64,000 bases of DNA from an uncultured virus (IMG/VR IMGVR_UViG_3300048581_000026) (lineage: Duplodnaviria; Heunggongvirae; Uroviricota; Caudoviricetes): IMG/VR virus record IMGVR_UViG_3300048581_000026; one strand, written 5' to 3'. The position numbers were made by a program, and so were the translations under genes. The notes below the pieces were generated by a model. The model worked only from the letters and a program-made list of their open reading frames with translations. It made no database searches and had not been told where the DNA came from. The stretch's first letter is position 1; each line of letters starts with the position of its first letter. Positions 36,837 through 46,981 of this stretch are shown here, piece by piece.

Positions 36837-37826
36837 ATGCCTTTTCAGAGACAAGTTCCCATCAATCAGGCTCCTGGCTTCATTGGCGCGATCGCCTCGA
36901 TGAACCCGATTGCCACCATTGTGGCAGGGCCTGGCGGCCTGGTCGCAGGAACTGGTGGTGTGGCCGTTGGCAGGTTTGCCTGGAACACCTATCCAAACAG
37001 TGCCTCCACCACCATCAGTGGCAACCCCGGCCAGGCTACCAATCAATGCTTGACTGGCCGGGTCCCGGATGGTTTCATCGGCAACCTGCAGGAAGGCCTG
37101 ATCACCATCTGGCTGAACGACAGCACTCTGATTGTTCCTGTTGGCTACGGGGTGACGGAATACAATCGTGGTGACTTCTGGGCACAGAACAATATGTCCG
37201 ATGCCCCCATGGGCGCAAAGGTCTTCGCCAATCTTCTTGATGGTCAGGTGACCTCTGGCGTCCCTGGTGCATTCCTCACCCAGGCTCCTGGCTCTGCTGC
37301 TGCTGGCTCTGCCACCCTTGTTCTTGGCAGCTATACGGTCATCATCACTGCCAATACCACTGGAACTTTCGCCCCAGGTCAGATCATCACTGGCGCTGGG
37401 ATTCCTCCTGACACCACGATCGAGTCTGGCACCATTGGTGCCACTGGCACCTTCCAGATGTCTGCACCTGCCACCATCGCTGGTACTGGTGTGGCTGTCA
37501 TTGCTGTGGCTCTTGAAGGGAATGGTGGTGCTACCTGCTCCAGTGTTACTGGTGGCACTGGCAGTCCCAACCTCACCATCAATGCTGTTCCTGTTGGCTC
37601 TCTCTATGTTGGCCAGCTGGTCCAGAACATTGCTGGCATTGCTGCTGGCACGTATATTTCTGGTCTTGGCACATGGAATGGCGCCACTGGCTATGTGGTC
37701 CTTAGTGCAAACCCCACTGCCACCATCACCGCACAGGCTTGCAATTTCACTCCATGGATCGAGACGAGCTGGTTTGTCAAGAGTGTGGGCAACATTGGCG
37801 ATCTGATCAAGATCGGCGTCGTCTAG
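36837..37826 (+). CDS. Capsid cement/decoration protein with inserted beta domains
   Basis: MPFQ..V...APG..G..AS.NP...GRFAW...PDGF...GDFW...ET.WFV. Confidence 0.85.
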   Translation: MPFQRQVPINQAPGFIGAIASMNPIATIVAGPGGLVAGTGGVAVGRFAWNTYPNSASTTISGNPGQATNQCLTGRVPDGFIGNLQEGLITIWLNDSTLIVPVGYGVTEYNRGDFWAQNNMSDAPMGAKVFANLLDGQVTSGVPGAFLTQAPGSAAAGSATLVLGSYTVIITANTTGTFAPGQIITGAGIPPDTTIESGTIGATGTFQMSAPATIAGTGVAVIAVALEGNGGATCSSVTGGTGSPNLTINAVPVGSLYVGQLVQNIAGIAAGTYISGLGTWNGATGYVVLSANPTATITAQACNFTPWIETSWFVKSVGNIGDLIKIGVV

Positions 37827-37838
37827 GAGGAATGAGAG

Positions 37839-38894
37839 ATGCGCAGAAATGAAGAAATTCAGTTCATCGAAGACCACTATGGTATTGTCTTCGATGAATG
37901 CATGGACTTCTCTGATTCCAGTGAAGGCCAGCTCGCCGCGGATAGCATCATGGTTGATGCTGCCCCTACTTACTCCCTGCAAGCACAGGGTGTTCTCAAC
38001 TCCAACTCTGGTGTGATGGCCTACATGGTCAACTTCATGGATCCAAAACTCCGTGAAGTGCTGGTTGCTCCTTGCAAATTCGCCGAGATCTGTGGCGAGA
38101 CCAAGAAGGGTGATTGGACTGTCGACACCATGACCTTCCCCATCATTGAGTCTGGTGGTGACGTCAGTGTCTATGGCGATCTGAACAACAATGGACTGGT
38201 CAGCGCCAATGTGAACTTTGAACCTCGCCAGGTCTTCTACTACCAGTCCTTCACTCGCTGGGGCGATCGGCAGCTGGCTCGTATGGGGCTGGCCAAGATC
38301 GACTGGGCTTCCCGCCAGAACATTTCCACTGCGCTGACGTTCGCGAAGTTCCAAAACAAGAGCTACGCTCTTGGCATGCCTGGCCTGGACAACTTCGGTC
38401 TGCTCAACGACCCGATGCTGATCCCACCGATCCTGGTGGCGAATGGCACCTGGGCCAGCACCACTGGTCTGAACATCTACCAGGATATCATGAATCTGTT
38501 CTCGCAGCTGGTTAACCAGACTGATGGCCTGGTGGACGAGAACACCAAGATGAAGCTGGCACTGTCTCCGTATGCTGCCACCAAGCTTGCTTCCGCCACC
38601 CAGAATGTCTATGGGAATGCGACGGTCCGTGAGCTCATGAAGACCACCTGGCCAAACATGGAAGTCATCACCGCCATGGAGTATGCGGTGGCTGGGACTG
38701 GTGGTGTACAGCTGGCTCAGCTCATCGCTGAGGAAGTTGGTGGTCAGGAAGTGGTCACCTGTGCCTTCACTGAGAAGATGCGGGCTCACAGCATCGTCCG
38801 AGACACCAGCTCCACTTACCAGAAGAAGTCTGCTGGAACTGGTGGTGCTGTGGTCTTCGTCCCTGCTGGCATCGCTCAGCTGATTGGCATGTAG
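37839..38894 (+). CDS. Major capsid protein (DUF2184-like)
   Basis: GETKKGDW...E..G....YGD, GLLNDP, AFTEKMRAH; strong codon bias. Confidence 0.95.
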   Translation: MRRNEEIQFIEDHYGIVFDECMDFSDSSEGQLAADSIMVDAAPTYSLQAQGVLNSNSGVMAYMVNFMDPKLREVLVAPCKFAEICGETKKGDWTVDTMTFPIIESGGDVSVYGDLNNNGLVSANVNFEPRQVFYYQSFTRWGDRQLARMGLAKIDWASRQNISTALTFAKFQNKSYALGMPGLDNFGLLNDPMLIPPILVANGTWASTTGLNIYQDIMNLFSQLVNQTDGLVDENTKMKLALSPYAATKLASATQNVYGNATVRELMKTTWPNMEVITAMEYAVAGTGGVQLAQLIAEEVGGQEVVTCAFTEKMRAHSIVRDTSSTYQKKSAGTGGAVVFVPAGIAQLIGM

Positions 38895-38908
38895 TCTGTT
38901 CATGGTTA

Positions 38909-38944
38909 GGGGAACTCAGCGTCAGTGGCTCGGTTGAGTTCCCC
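38909..38944 (+). other. 12-bp hairpin after the major capsid gene (stabiliser or attenuator)
   Basis: GGGGAACTCAGC...GTTGAGTTCCCC; no U-tract. Confidence 0.55.
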
Positions 38945-38978
38945 AGCAAACACGAGCCCAACCCATAGGGGAGTTACA

Positions 38979-39482
38979 ATGGCTAAGAAGCTTGAACCAG
39001 TTCCTGAGAACAAAGCAGTCACCACCAGCACTGTCTGGATTGGCTGCCGTCTGACCAGTGGAATCATCCTCGATGTCCGTGAGCTTGTCGATGTTGAATA
39101 CAATGGTAAGACGATCCAGCAATACGCAGACATCAAAGAGCGCAGAGTCTTGCGGGGGATTGGCAACTTCACGCTTCCAAACAAGGATCGCAAGTGGCAG
39201 CCCGCACAGAGCCTCCGGCTCACTGATGGCAATGCAACCTTGACCCTGCTGGACAAGGATTTCTGGGAAACTGCTTTGCGGCAGAATGCTGCTCTTCAGC
39301 AACTTGTCAAGAAGAACCTGGTCTATGTCGCAGCCAGCAAGGATGCTGCCATTGAAATGGCGGATGAACTTTCTGAAGTCAAAACTGGTTTCGAAAAGTT
39401 CCAGTTTGAGAAAGATCCTGCCTTCAAGACCATCAAGCCACGAAATGACAAGGATGAAATCCCTATCCCTGATGGGAAATGA
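38979..39482 (+). CDS. Virion-associated protein downstream of the capsid gene
   Basis: V.IGC.L..G..L...DKDFWE pattern; GGGAG RBS. Confidence 0.75.
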   Translation: MAKKLEPVPENKAVTTSTVWIGCRLTSGIILDVRELVDVEYNGKTIQQYADIKERRVLRGIGNFTLPNKDRKWQPAQSLRLTDGNATLTLLDKDFWETALRQNAALQQLVKKNLVYVAASKDAAIEMADELSEVKTGFEKFQFEKDPAFKTIKPRNDKDEIPIPDGK

Positions 39483-39490
39483 GGTAGGCA

Positions 39491-39913
39491 ATGGCAGTCT
39501 TCATTTTTATTCCAGAGACATTCCAGGAGCAGTTTCCTGAGTTCACTAAGCAGGCTCCTGCTGTCTTGATGAACTATTTCACTATGGCATGTGGCATCCT
39601 TGATAACACAGATCGCAGTAGGGTTGAAGACATTCCCCAACGTGGTCTTATGCTCAGTCTTCTCACTGCTCATTGCACCTTGATCTTTGGTGGTGATAAT
39701 GACTCTGCACCAGGCCAGCAGGTTGGTCGAGTGAGCTCTGCTGGTGAAGGGCCTGTCAATGTCAAGTTGGACATGGGTGAAAACACTACAAACAAAGCCT
39801 GGTATGAGCAGACAAAATATGGTGCCATATATTGGCGTATTTCTGCACCTTACCGCTCAGCGTTATACATTGCTCCACCACCTCGCAGAAATAGATTCAT
39901 ACCTCAGACCTAG
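39491..39913 (+). CDS. Head-tail adaptor (DUF4054-like)
   Basis: F..QFPEF...L.AH...GRVSSA.EG.V...W..QT.YG..YW. Confidence 0.85.
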   Translation: MAVFIFIPETFQEQFPEFTKQAPAVLMNYFTMACGILDNTDRSRVEDIPQRGLMLSLLTAHCTLIFGGDNDSAPGQQVGRVSSAGEGPVNVKLDMGENTTNKAWYEQTKYGAIYWRISAPYRSALYIAPPPRRNRFIPQT

Positions 39914-39922
39914 GACTGAATC

Positions 39923-40480
39923 ATGGGTGTCTCAATCATTGGCGGAGAAAAGATGAAAGCCAAGCTGGCTGAGATGGCCGAAAAGCTTGGCCCAGGCAAG
40001 ACTCTGCGTGTTGGATTCCTGGAAGGTGCTACATGTGGCAAGGACAATTCTGCGCCAGCACCACAGGTGGCTTTCTTCAATGAGTTTGGCACCATCGAAC
40101 GCACGCACAGTCTGAGCACTGTGGACACCACTTATGGTCCATTGCAGAAAGGCTCCCGTCGTGCCTCTGCATACAGACATATTCCTGCTCGTCCATTCTT
40201 CAGGAATATGATCCAGAAAAATAGCAAGAGCTGGGGAAAGTTGATTGCTGCTGCGATGAAGAAACTGAATTACAGTCTGATGGGCGCATTGAGCCTAACT
40301 GGTGAGGTTCTTGTTTCGCAGCTCCAGAAGTCAATTGAGGATTTTACGGACCCAGAGAATGCTCCATCGACAGTGAAGGCCAAGGGATTCAACAAACCAC
40401 TGGAAGACTCCAAGAACATGAAGCGTGCTGTTGCATATGATGTGAAAGCTGGCTCTGAAGGGGAGGAGAAAAATGCTTAG
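39923..40480 (+). CDS. Neck/tail completion protein
   Basis: LRVGFLEGA...A..NEFGT...IPARPFFR...KGFNKPL.DS. Confidence 0.85.
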   Translation: MGVSIIGGEKMKAKLAEMAEKLGPGKTLRVGFLEGATCGKDNSAPAPQVAFFNEFGTIERTHSLSTVDTTYGPLQKGSRRASAYRHIPARPFFRNMIQKNSKSWGKLIAAAMKKLNYSLMGALSLTGEVLVSQLQKSIEDFTDPENAPSTVKAKGFNKPLEDSKNMKRAVAYDVKAGSEGEEKNA

Positions 40481-40844
40481 CCTCCACAGCCTTGCTTCCG
40501 GAGCATTGAATGGGGTTTTCCCCATGAAGATGGCTCTTGTGAAGAAATGCACTGGTGTGAAAACCAATCCAGACTATTCCAGGGTCCCAACATATGTTGA
40601 GTATCCAGAAAAGGTTCGGGTGGTTGCCTTATCTGCTCGGGAACTTGAGCACATGTATGATCAAAATGTTCAAGGGATACTGCAGAAGGTGTTTCTGAGT
40701 GGGTTCTGGGAAGGAGTTGATCGGCGTAAGTCCACCGGTGGTGATCTGATCGTCATTGATGGTGTCACGTGGCTGATTGTCGAAGTCCTTGCTGCCTATC
40801 CAACCTGGTCCGCAGTCTGTGTCCAGAAACAGGTGGATCCATGA
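40473..40844 (+). CDS. Head closure/head-tail connector protein
   Basis: R...GGDL...WL.VEV...PTW pattern; position. Confidence 0.75.
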   Translation: MLSLHSLASGALNGVFPMKMALVKKCTGVKTNPDYSRVPTYVEYPEKVRVVALSARELEHMYDQNVQGILQKVFLSGFWEGVDRRKSTGGDLIVIDGVTWLIVEVLAAYPTWSAVCVQKQVDP

Positions 40845-40981
40845 TGGCCTTCAGGACCACAGGGAAGCCACGCTGGATTCACAGCCACACAATCACACAG
40901 CCAAAGTATGTTTTACCAAACCCTGGCCACACTAGGCCTGATGCTGGCCAATATACTTTGTGCTTGAAGGGGGTGAAATGA
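40841..40981 (+). CDS. Small hypothetical protein (46 aa)
   Basis: ATGA overlaps at both ends. Confidence 0.4.
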   Translation: MMAFRTTGKPRWIHSHTITQPKYVLPNPGHTRPDAGQYTLCLKGVK

Positions 40982-41505
40982 ACTTCTCACCTTCCATTAC
41001 AGAATCTCAGATCATGACAGCAGTTGGAGACTGGGTGTGTTCCATCCTCGGCATACCAGCTGAAGATATGGTTCAAGCTCACGAAAATCGTGTCCCTTCT
41101 CCAAATGCAAATTATGTTCAGATGGACTCTATACTGGACACACGTCTGGCAACCAATGATGTTGAATATGATGGCGTAGCTGGCACAGTGACAGAGACCC
41201 AGCCAACCAAAGTTGGTGTTCAGCTTGATTGCTTTGGTGATTCTGCAAATGATTGGGCTCGTGTTATCAGCACCATCTTCAGGAGCAGCATGGCATATGA
41301 TTTCTTTGAGTCATATGGGATTGCTCCCCTTTTCAACGACGATCCACGCCACATGCCTGTTATCAATGGTGAAAACCAATATGAGCTGCGGTGGGTGATC
41401 ACACTTTACTTCCAGTGCAACGTGGCCATTGTGGCTCCGATGCAGTTCATGACTTCCGTCGAGATTGGTGTGATTAGTGTGGATGCAAAGTATCCACAAC
41501 AGTGA
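40978..41505 (+). CDS. Tail terminator/neck protein
   Basis: NRVP.P...VQLD.FG...PL...P...P..NGENQYE.RW. Confidence 0.8.
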   Translation: MNFSPSITESQIMTAVGDWVCSILGIPAEDMVQAHENRVPSPNANYVQMDSILDTRLATNDVEYDGVAGTVTETQPTKVGVQLDCFGDSANDWARVISTIFRSSMAYDFFESYGIAPLFNDDPRHMPVINGENQYELRWVITLYFQCNVAIVAPMQFMTSVEIGVISVDAKYPQQ

Positions 41506-41516
41506 GGTAAATAGCC

Positions 41517-43238
41517 ATGTCCATTCCTGTTACTGCATTTGATACTGTCACACCAAGTGTGCTGGCAGGTGGAGGAAACGCACTGGCACTTGTCGGTCTG
41601 TTCCTCAGTGGTAGCCCACTGCTCCCCGTCGGAGCTGTGATGAGTTTTCCCAATTCTGCTGCTGTTCAAGCATACTTTGGGAACTATAACTCATCTTTCT
41701 CTGCATCTTTTGCCACCAATGTCATGACGGTCTCTGGCACTCCGACCAGTGTCTTGGCAGTTGGGCAGCAGGTTCAAGCTGCTGCTGGAGGGACTGCCCT
41801 TCCTGAAAACACCTACATCTCTCAGCTGGGGACTGGCACGGGTGGTGCTGGCACCTACATTCTCAGCACCACTCCTGGAACCATTGCCTCTCAGTCCTGC
41901 ACATCTCAGGCAGTTGAATCTGCGATGGCAACCACCTACTTCAGTGGCTTCACAAACAGCAATAAGAAGCCAAGCGCAATGCTGTTCTATCGCTACTGCT
42001 CAGCAGCAGCTCCGGCATTCTTGCGTGGTGCTTCCAATGCCCTGCTGACTCTGGCTCAGGTTCAGGCTATCAGTGCTGGACAGCTCAGTGTGGTGATTGA
42101 CGGAGTAGTCAAGACTGCTACTGGACTCAACCTTGGTGCTGCTACCAGCATGTCAAATGCTGCAGCTCTTATCACTGCAGCTCTGAGTCTGTCTGGGACT
42201 GCTGCTGTCACCTATTCCAGTCAGTTCAATGCATTTGTGATTACGTCTGGAACCACTGGTGCTAGCTCCAGTCTGGCATTTGCTACCAGTTCTGCACAGA
42301 ACGTAGCGAATCTTCTTGGCCTCGATGCTACTAGTGGTGGCACTCTTTCGCAGGGTTCCATCGCTATGACTCCTGCCACTGCGATGGCCGCATTAACCCT
42401 ACTCACTCAGAACTGGGTTGGTTTCACCACCACATGGGAACCTGTGCTTGCAAACAAGGAACTTTTTGGTGCCTGGGTAAATGGCACTAGTGGCCAGTTC
42501 CTCTATGCTGAGTTCGATTCTGATCCAACCATCATTGGTCCAAACTCCAGTTACAGTGGGTTTGCTTACTGGGCTGACATCATCGGGAATGCTTCTGGTG
42601 TTGTTCCTTGCTATCAGGATCCTCTTGAAGCTGCTTTTGTCCTTGGTGCCATTGCAAGCATCGACTTCACCCAACAGGATGGCGCAGCCACCCTTGCGTT
42701 CAAGAGTGGGACTGGTCTGAGCGCGACCATCACCAATGGAACTGCGGCAGCAAATGCAATCGCCAACGGCTACAACTTCTATGGAGCGTGGGCCACTGCG
42801 GCCAACAATTTTAATTTCTTTTACAATGGGCAGATAACAGGTCCTTACAACTGGATTGATGCATACGTGAATGCCATCCAGCTGAATTCTGCTTTGCAGC
42901 TTGCGATGGTCGAACTCCTTGTGAACACCAAGTCCATCCCATACACCAACAAGGGTTATGGTCTGATCAAGGCTGCTTGCATGGATACAATCAATGCTGC
43001 CGTCAACTTTGGTTCCATCACTCCGAATGTGCCACTTTCTGCTTTGCAGATTGCGGAAGTTAATGCTGCTGCAAGTCTGGCCATTGATGGCATCTTGGCG
43101 ACTCGTGGCTGGTATCTGCAAGTCCTTCCTGCCACTGCAACAGCCAGACAGAATCGCACCACTCCTCCATGCAGCCTGTGGTATATGTATGGCGGCAGCG
43201 TCCAGCAGATCAATTTGGCTTCTGTCTTCATCCCCTAA
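41517..43238 (+). CDS. Contractile tail sheath protein (DUF3383-like)
   Basis: IP....V.PSVL, YFSGF.N..K.P, NWVGFTT..EP, AFK...GL, GYNFYG, IPY...G, GGSVQ.I. Confidence 0.9.
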   Translation: MSIPVTAFDTVTPSVLAGGGNALALVGLFLSGSPLLPVGAVMSFPNSAAVQAYFGNYNSSFSASFATNVMTVSGTPTSVLAVGQQVQAAAGGTALPENTYISQLGTGTGGAGTYILSTTPGTIASQSCTSQAVESAMATTYFSGFTNSNKKPSAMLFYRYCSAAAPAFLRGASNALLTLAQVQAISAGQLSVVIDGVVKTATGLNLGAATSMSNAAALITAALSLSGTAAVTYSSQFNAFVITSGTTGASSSLAFATSSAQNVANLLGLDATSGGTLSQGSIAMTPATAMAALTLLTQNWVGFTTTWEPVLANKELFGAWVNGTSGQFLYAEFDSDPTIIGPNSSYSGFAYWADIIGNASGVVPCYQDPLEAAFVLGAIASIDFTQQDGAATLAFKSGTGLSATITNGTAAANAIANGYNFYGAWATAANNFNFFYNGQITGPYNWIDAYVNAIQLNSALQLAMVELLVNTKSIPYTNKGYGLIKAACMDTINAAVNFGSITPNVPLSALQIAEVNAAASLAIDGILATRGWYLQVLPATATARQNRTTPPCSLWYMYGGSVQQINLASVFIP

Positions 43239-43266
43239 ACCACCAAGCTCTTGAGGAGAAACTCAA

Positions 43267-43701
43267 ATGGCTTACACGATCTCTGACGCCAATGCGTCTT
43301 TCACCCTGGCAATTACCAGCCTCTTTCCTGCTCCACAGAACCTGAGATATTTTGGCACTGATGATGCATTCGCAACGGAGAATGTGAAGCCCAGTGAAGT
43401 CAAGATGGGTGTTGACGGACACCAGAGTGTTGGTTATGCTTCTCACCCAACCATCATCAAGATCAAGCTCGCAGCTGACAGCCCAAGCAACCAGCTTTTT
43501 GATCTCTGGTATCTTGCACAGAAGACGACCCTTGATGCCTACACTGCAAGTGCAGTCATCAAGCTTCCTAGCATTGGACAGGAATATATTGGCATCAATG
43601 GAGCACTGACTGGCTACATGCCTATGGCTCCTGCCAAGAAGATTCTGCAGGAACGCGAGTTTGAAATCACCTTTGAATCCCTGACCCCTGCTGGAGTGTA
43701 G
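43267..43701 (+). CDS. Tail tube protein
   Basis: DDAF...MGVDG..S.G...L.ADSPS...K.LQ..F. Confidence 0.85.
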   Translation: MAYTISDANASFTLAITSLFPAPQNLRYFGTDDAFATENVKPSEVKMGVDGHQSVGYASHPTIIKIKLAADSPSNQLFDLWYLAQKTTLDAYTASAVIKLPSIGQEYIGINGALTGYMPMAPAKKILQEREFEITFESLTPAGV

Positions 43702-43702
43702 T

Positions 43703-44110
43703 ATGCGCAATGAAAAGGAAGTCGCCATCACTGAAGGTCGCGATGCAGGCAAGACTTTTCTGATCATTGAAATGTCTTCTGCGAAAGGAGAGAAGTGGGC
43801 TGCTCGGGCTCTTCTTGCCCTGCTCAAATCAGGCATCGAGATCCCGGATGAAGTTGTTCAGCAGGGAATGATGGGTCTGGCTGCAATTGGAGTCAAAGCC
43901 TTTGCTGGCATTTCTTGGGAACTTGCCGAGCCACTGCTTGATGACATGGTCCCAAGTTTCCGGTTTGTGATGGATTCCATCAGCCCCAATCCTCTGCTCA
44001 AGCATCGTCCGATAACTGATGATGACATTGAGGATATCACCACCAGATTTCAGCTTCGCAAAGAGTGGATTGAGCTTCACTTTGGTTTTTTGTTCGCCGC
44101 CAAGTCGTAA
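43703..44110 (+). CDS. Tail assembly chaperone (G); -1 frameshift gives a G-T product ending at 44310
   Basis: GRD.GK.F.I.EM...E.WA.RA...DIE...T...LR.E...LH.GF; slippery T TTT TTG at 44086-44092. Confidence 0.85.
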   Translation: MRNEKEVAITEGRDAGKTFLIIEMSSAKGEKWAARALLALLKSGIEIPDEVVQQGMMGLAAIGVKAFAGISWELAEPLLDDMVPSFRFVMDSISPNPLLKHRPITDDDIEDITTRFQLRKEWIELHFGFLFAAKS

Positions 44111-44317
44111 AAATAAGTGACTTTGGCGGCAAACACAAGGACAAACTTATAAATTATGCCAATGTTCCAGCAAGCATTGGCATAATAATAAGTAAGAATC
44201 TAGCAACTCTTGCTGAACTCCAAGAGATTTATGGTGTTGAAGATATGTATAACCTCCTTGAAGTTGCCATGGTTAACATGCACAATACCAATGTGATGAA
44301 CCAAGATTGAGGTTGTG

Positions 44318-46273
44318 ATGAGTGGAACTGTGATAGATGCTTTTCTGGTCACACTTGGTCTTGATACCAAGGAGTTTCACACTGGTGTTGATCAGTCTAA
44401 ACGAGATCAAGATGAGCTGCGCAAGAACACTGAGGAGAATGTTGGGAAGATGAAAGAGTCCTATCAAGGACTGATAGAGAAAGTTGGGCAGTTATTTGCT
44501 CTTCTTGCTGGTGGTCATGAGTTAAAGGAATTTTTTAATAGCACTCAAGAAAACGAAGTTGCCACTCTACGCTTATCTGAAATGATTGGCATGAGTGTTG
44601 AAAAACTAGGTCAGTGGCAAGGTGCGCTGGTTGTGAATGGTGGAAGTGCTGAGGGATTCAACCAGAGCATGAAGACAATGGGTGGGTTCCTGATTGACAT
44701 TGAGAATCACCTACCTCGCGCAGAACGTGCATTGAAAGCTTTCAAGGCTGCTGGTATCAATCTTGAAATGGGCAAAAAGTCTGATATCCTGGAAGTTCTT
44801 GATCAGGTCCAAGATCGTTTCAAAAAGCTTACTCTCATGGAAGGTCGTGAGCTTGGCAGGCACATGGGTCTTGATGAGAACTTTGCCAGAATGCTGCATG
44901 ACTCAGATGACAGCCTCAAGGACCTTTTGCACACAATGGAAGAGATTGGCACTCCCACCAAGGAAGAGGCCGAGGCCATGGAGAGGCTGGAGCGGGCCCA
45001 GAAAACACTTGGAATTGTACAAGGTGCACTTGGTAGGATCATTGTGGATATGCTGGCACCAGCAATCAAGTTTGTTACAGATAAGCTCCTTGAATTTGCC
45101 ATGTGGGCAAAGGACCATCCTCAGATTATCAAGACTGCATTCATAGGAATTGCTGGAGCCATCTCTGTTCTTGGAGCAGCAGCTGGAGCAGCTATGATAC
45201 CGATGCTGGGCATAACAGCTGCTCTTTCTGGAGTTGCTCTTGGTGTTGGGATGATTGCATCTGGCCTTTACATGTTGTGGCAGCAGAATGACAGCTGGCT
45301 TCATGATCTTGTGACCTGGATCCAAGGTGTTGGAATGTGGTTTGAGATTGTGTGGGAGCGCATTGGCTCTACAACACTGATTGTCTTGAAGGCTCTCTGG
45401 GAGAATATCGAGAACATTGGAAGGATTGTTGCGGATGTTCTGGAGCTGGTGGTTTCTCTGTTCACAATGAATGGTGAACGCATTTCAAAAGCCTGGGAAA
45501 AATTGACAGCAGATGTCAATCAGATGTTCAAGATGCTTTGGAATTCTCTGGTATTTGGTGCTGTGTTTGCATTCTATTCAATTGAAGCTGCTGCATCTGC
45601 ATTATGGAATAACATGAAGGCACCAGCAGAGGCTTTCTTCAACTGGGTCATTTCAAAATTCTCTTGGTTGAATGCTGCTGTGTCATTCATCAAAATGCTC
45701 AGCCCTAGTTCAATAAGCACAATTGGCGGAAAGGAAAGCACCCAGCCTGGTGGTAGATCATCAAGGGTGATGTCTATGGAGCCAGCAAATACATTGGCAG
45801 GCACTCCCAGTTCTTCTTCTCCTGCAGCAGGGGTTTATGGCTCTTCTGCACACACCACCAGAGCAGGAAGCATTCAATCCACAGTAAAATCTCCAGTTCT
45901 TGATATGCCAGTCCACAAGCAAGTGGCAGCAAATCATCTTGCTGCCATTGGAGGTCTGCCACCTGAAGTTCCTGCAGCCAAACCTGTGGCAGCCACTGCC
46001 ACACAGAACCAGCTCCTGGATCCCACTAGCAAAGAGGCAGCAGCCTTCAACAGGCAGTTCTCATTCATGGGTGCTACCCCACACGCTGCGATGGCAGCTC
46101 CAGCAGCTCAGCCATCTGGTCCAAGCACAACTGACAATTCAAAAAGGGAAGTTAGTGTTGGTCAGGTAAATGTCTATGCTGCTCCTGGAGCAGATGCTCA
46201 GAGCATTGCGGATACTACAGCCAGAACAATCCGTAACACAGGTATGGCCGATCAAGTTGATGGGGGGATCTGA
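44318..46273 (+). CDS. Tape measure protein
   Basis: VID...V.LGLD N-terminus; long helical region with hydrophobic segments; follows the chaperone. Confidence 0.9.
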   Translation: MSGTVIDAFLVTLGLDTKEFHTGVDQSKRDQDELRKNTEENVGKMKESYQGLIEKVGQLFALLAGGHELKEFFNSTQENEVATLRLSEMIGMSVEKLGQWQGALVVNGGSAEGFNQSMKTMGGFLIDIENHLPRAERALKAFKAAGINLEMGKKSDILEVLDQVQDRFKKLTLMEGRELGRHMGLDENFARMLHDSDDSLKDLLHTMEEIGTPTKEEAEAMERLERAQKTLGIVQGALGRIIVDMLAPAIKFVTDKLLEFAMWAKDHPQIIKTAFIGIAGAISVLGAAAGAAMIPMLGITAALSGVALGVGMIASGLYMLWQQNDSWLHDLVTWIQGVGMWFEIVWERIGSTTLIVLKALWENIENIGRIVADVLELVVSLFTMNGERISKAWEKLTADVNQMFKMLWNSLVFGAVFAFYSIEAAASALWNNMKAPAEAFFNWVISKFSWLNAAVSFIKMLSPSSISTIGGKESTQPGGRSSRVMSMEPANTLAGTPSSSSPAAGVYGSSAHTTRAGSIQSTVKSPVLDMPVHKQVAANHLAAIGGLPPEVPAAKPVAATATQNQLLDPTSKEAAAFNRQFSFMGATPHAAMAAPAAQPSGPSTTDNSKREVSVGQVNVYAAPGADAQSIADTTARTIRNTGMADQVDGGI

Positions 46274-46980
46274 TGCCTGATGGATTTGCCCTGCCAAGTC
46301 TTCCTGTATCAAACACACCTAGTCTGAATTTTCAGCTACCAGACCTGCACCTGCCCAATGCTCCGGCTGTTCCATTCCTGCACCCAGCATCATTGCCAGC
46401 ACCAAATATTGCTCCTCCTGCATTCGCAAACATCTGGGGAATTTATGATGCAAGCGGCAATAAGCTGTTTGATGTTGATACCTGCCTCAGTGCTGATTTC
46501 AAAGATCCCTCGAAAGTTAGCGAATTCCCTGTTGAGGATGGATCATTTACCACATACAACAAAGTCAAAGAGCCATTGGATGCAAAAATTAGGCTTGGTG
46601 TCGCAGGAATGAAAAAAATTGCAGTTGCTTTAACAGCTTTGCGTGCTGCTGTGGCATCCGTAAATCTTTATGATATATGGACGCCAGAATACATTTATCA
46701 GAATTGCACTGTTGTTATTGGATCTTATAAAAGAACAGAAAAAGAAGGCAGGAATCTGCTTGAGGTGCTTATTGATCTCAAAGAAGTTAGGCAGGTTGGG
46801 ACTCAGTATGCAACCAGTGTTCCCATCACCAGCAAAAAGGCTTTGAAGTCTTCATCTTCAAGCAAGGTAAGCAGCGGAAAGGCTCAGACAGCTACACCAA
46901 CACCAAGCCTTCAGAACATGACTACGTCACAGGTTGCCGCTCTGGCCAAGCAGCAGGCAGCTAAGGTATTTGGAGGCTGA
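46273..46980 (+). CDS. Dit-like baseplate/tail tube initiator protein
   Basis: WGIYD..G...VS.FPVE.GSF..YNKV..P...TPE..Y. Confidence 0.8.
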   Translation: MPDGFALPSLPVSNTPSLNFQLPDLHLPNAPAVPFLHPASLPAPNIAPPAFANIWGIYDASGNKLFDVDTCLSADFKDPSKVSEFPVEDGSFTTYNKVKEPLDAKIRLGVAGMKKIAVALTALRAAVASVNLYDIWTPEYIYQNCTVVIGSYKRTEKEGRNLLEVLIDLKEVRQVGTQYATSVPITSKKALKSSSSSKVSSGKAQTATPTPSLQNMTTSQVAALAKQQAAKVFGG

Positions 46981-46981
46981 T

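Noticed and set aside
36822..38903. 693-aa minus-strand ORF
   Set aside because: Antisense shadow of the cement and major capsid genes
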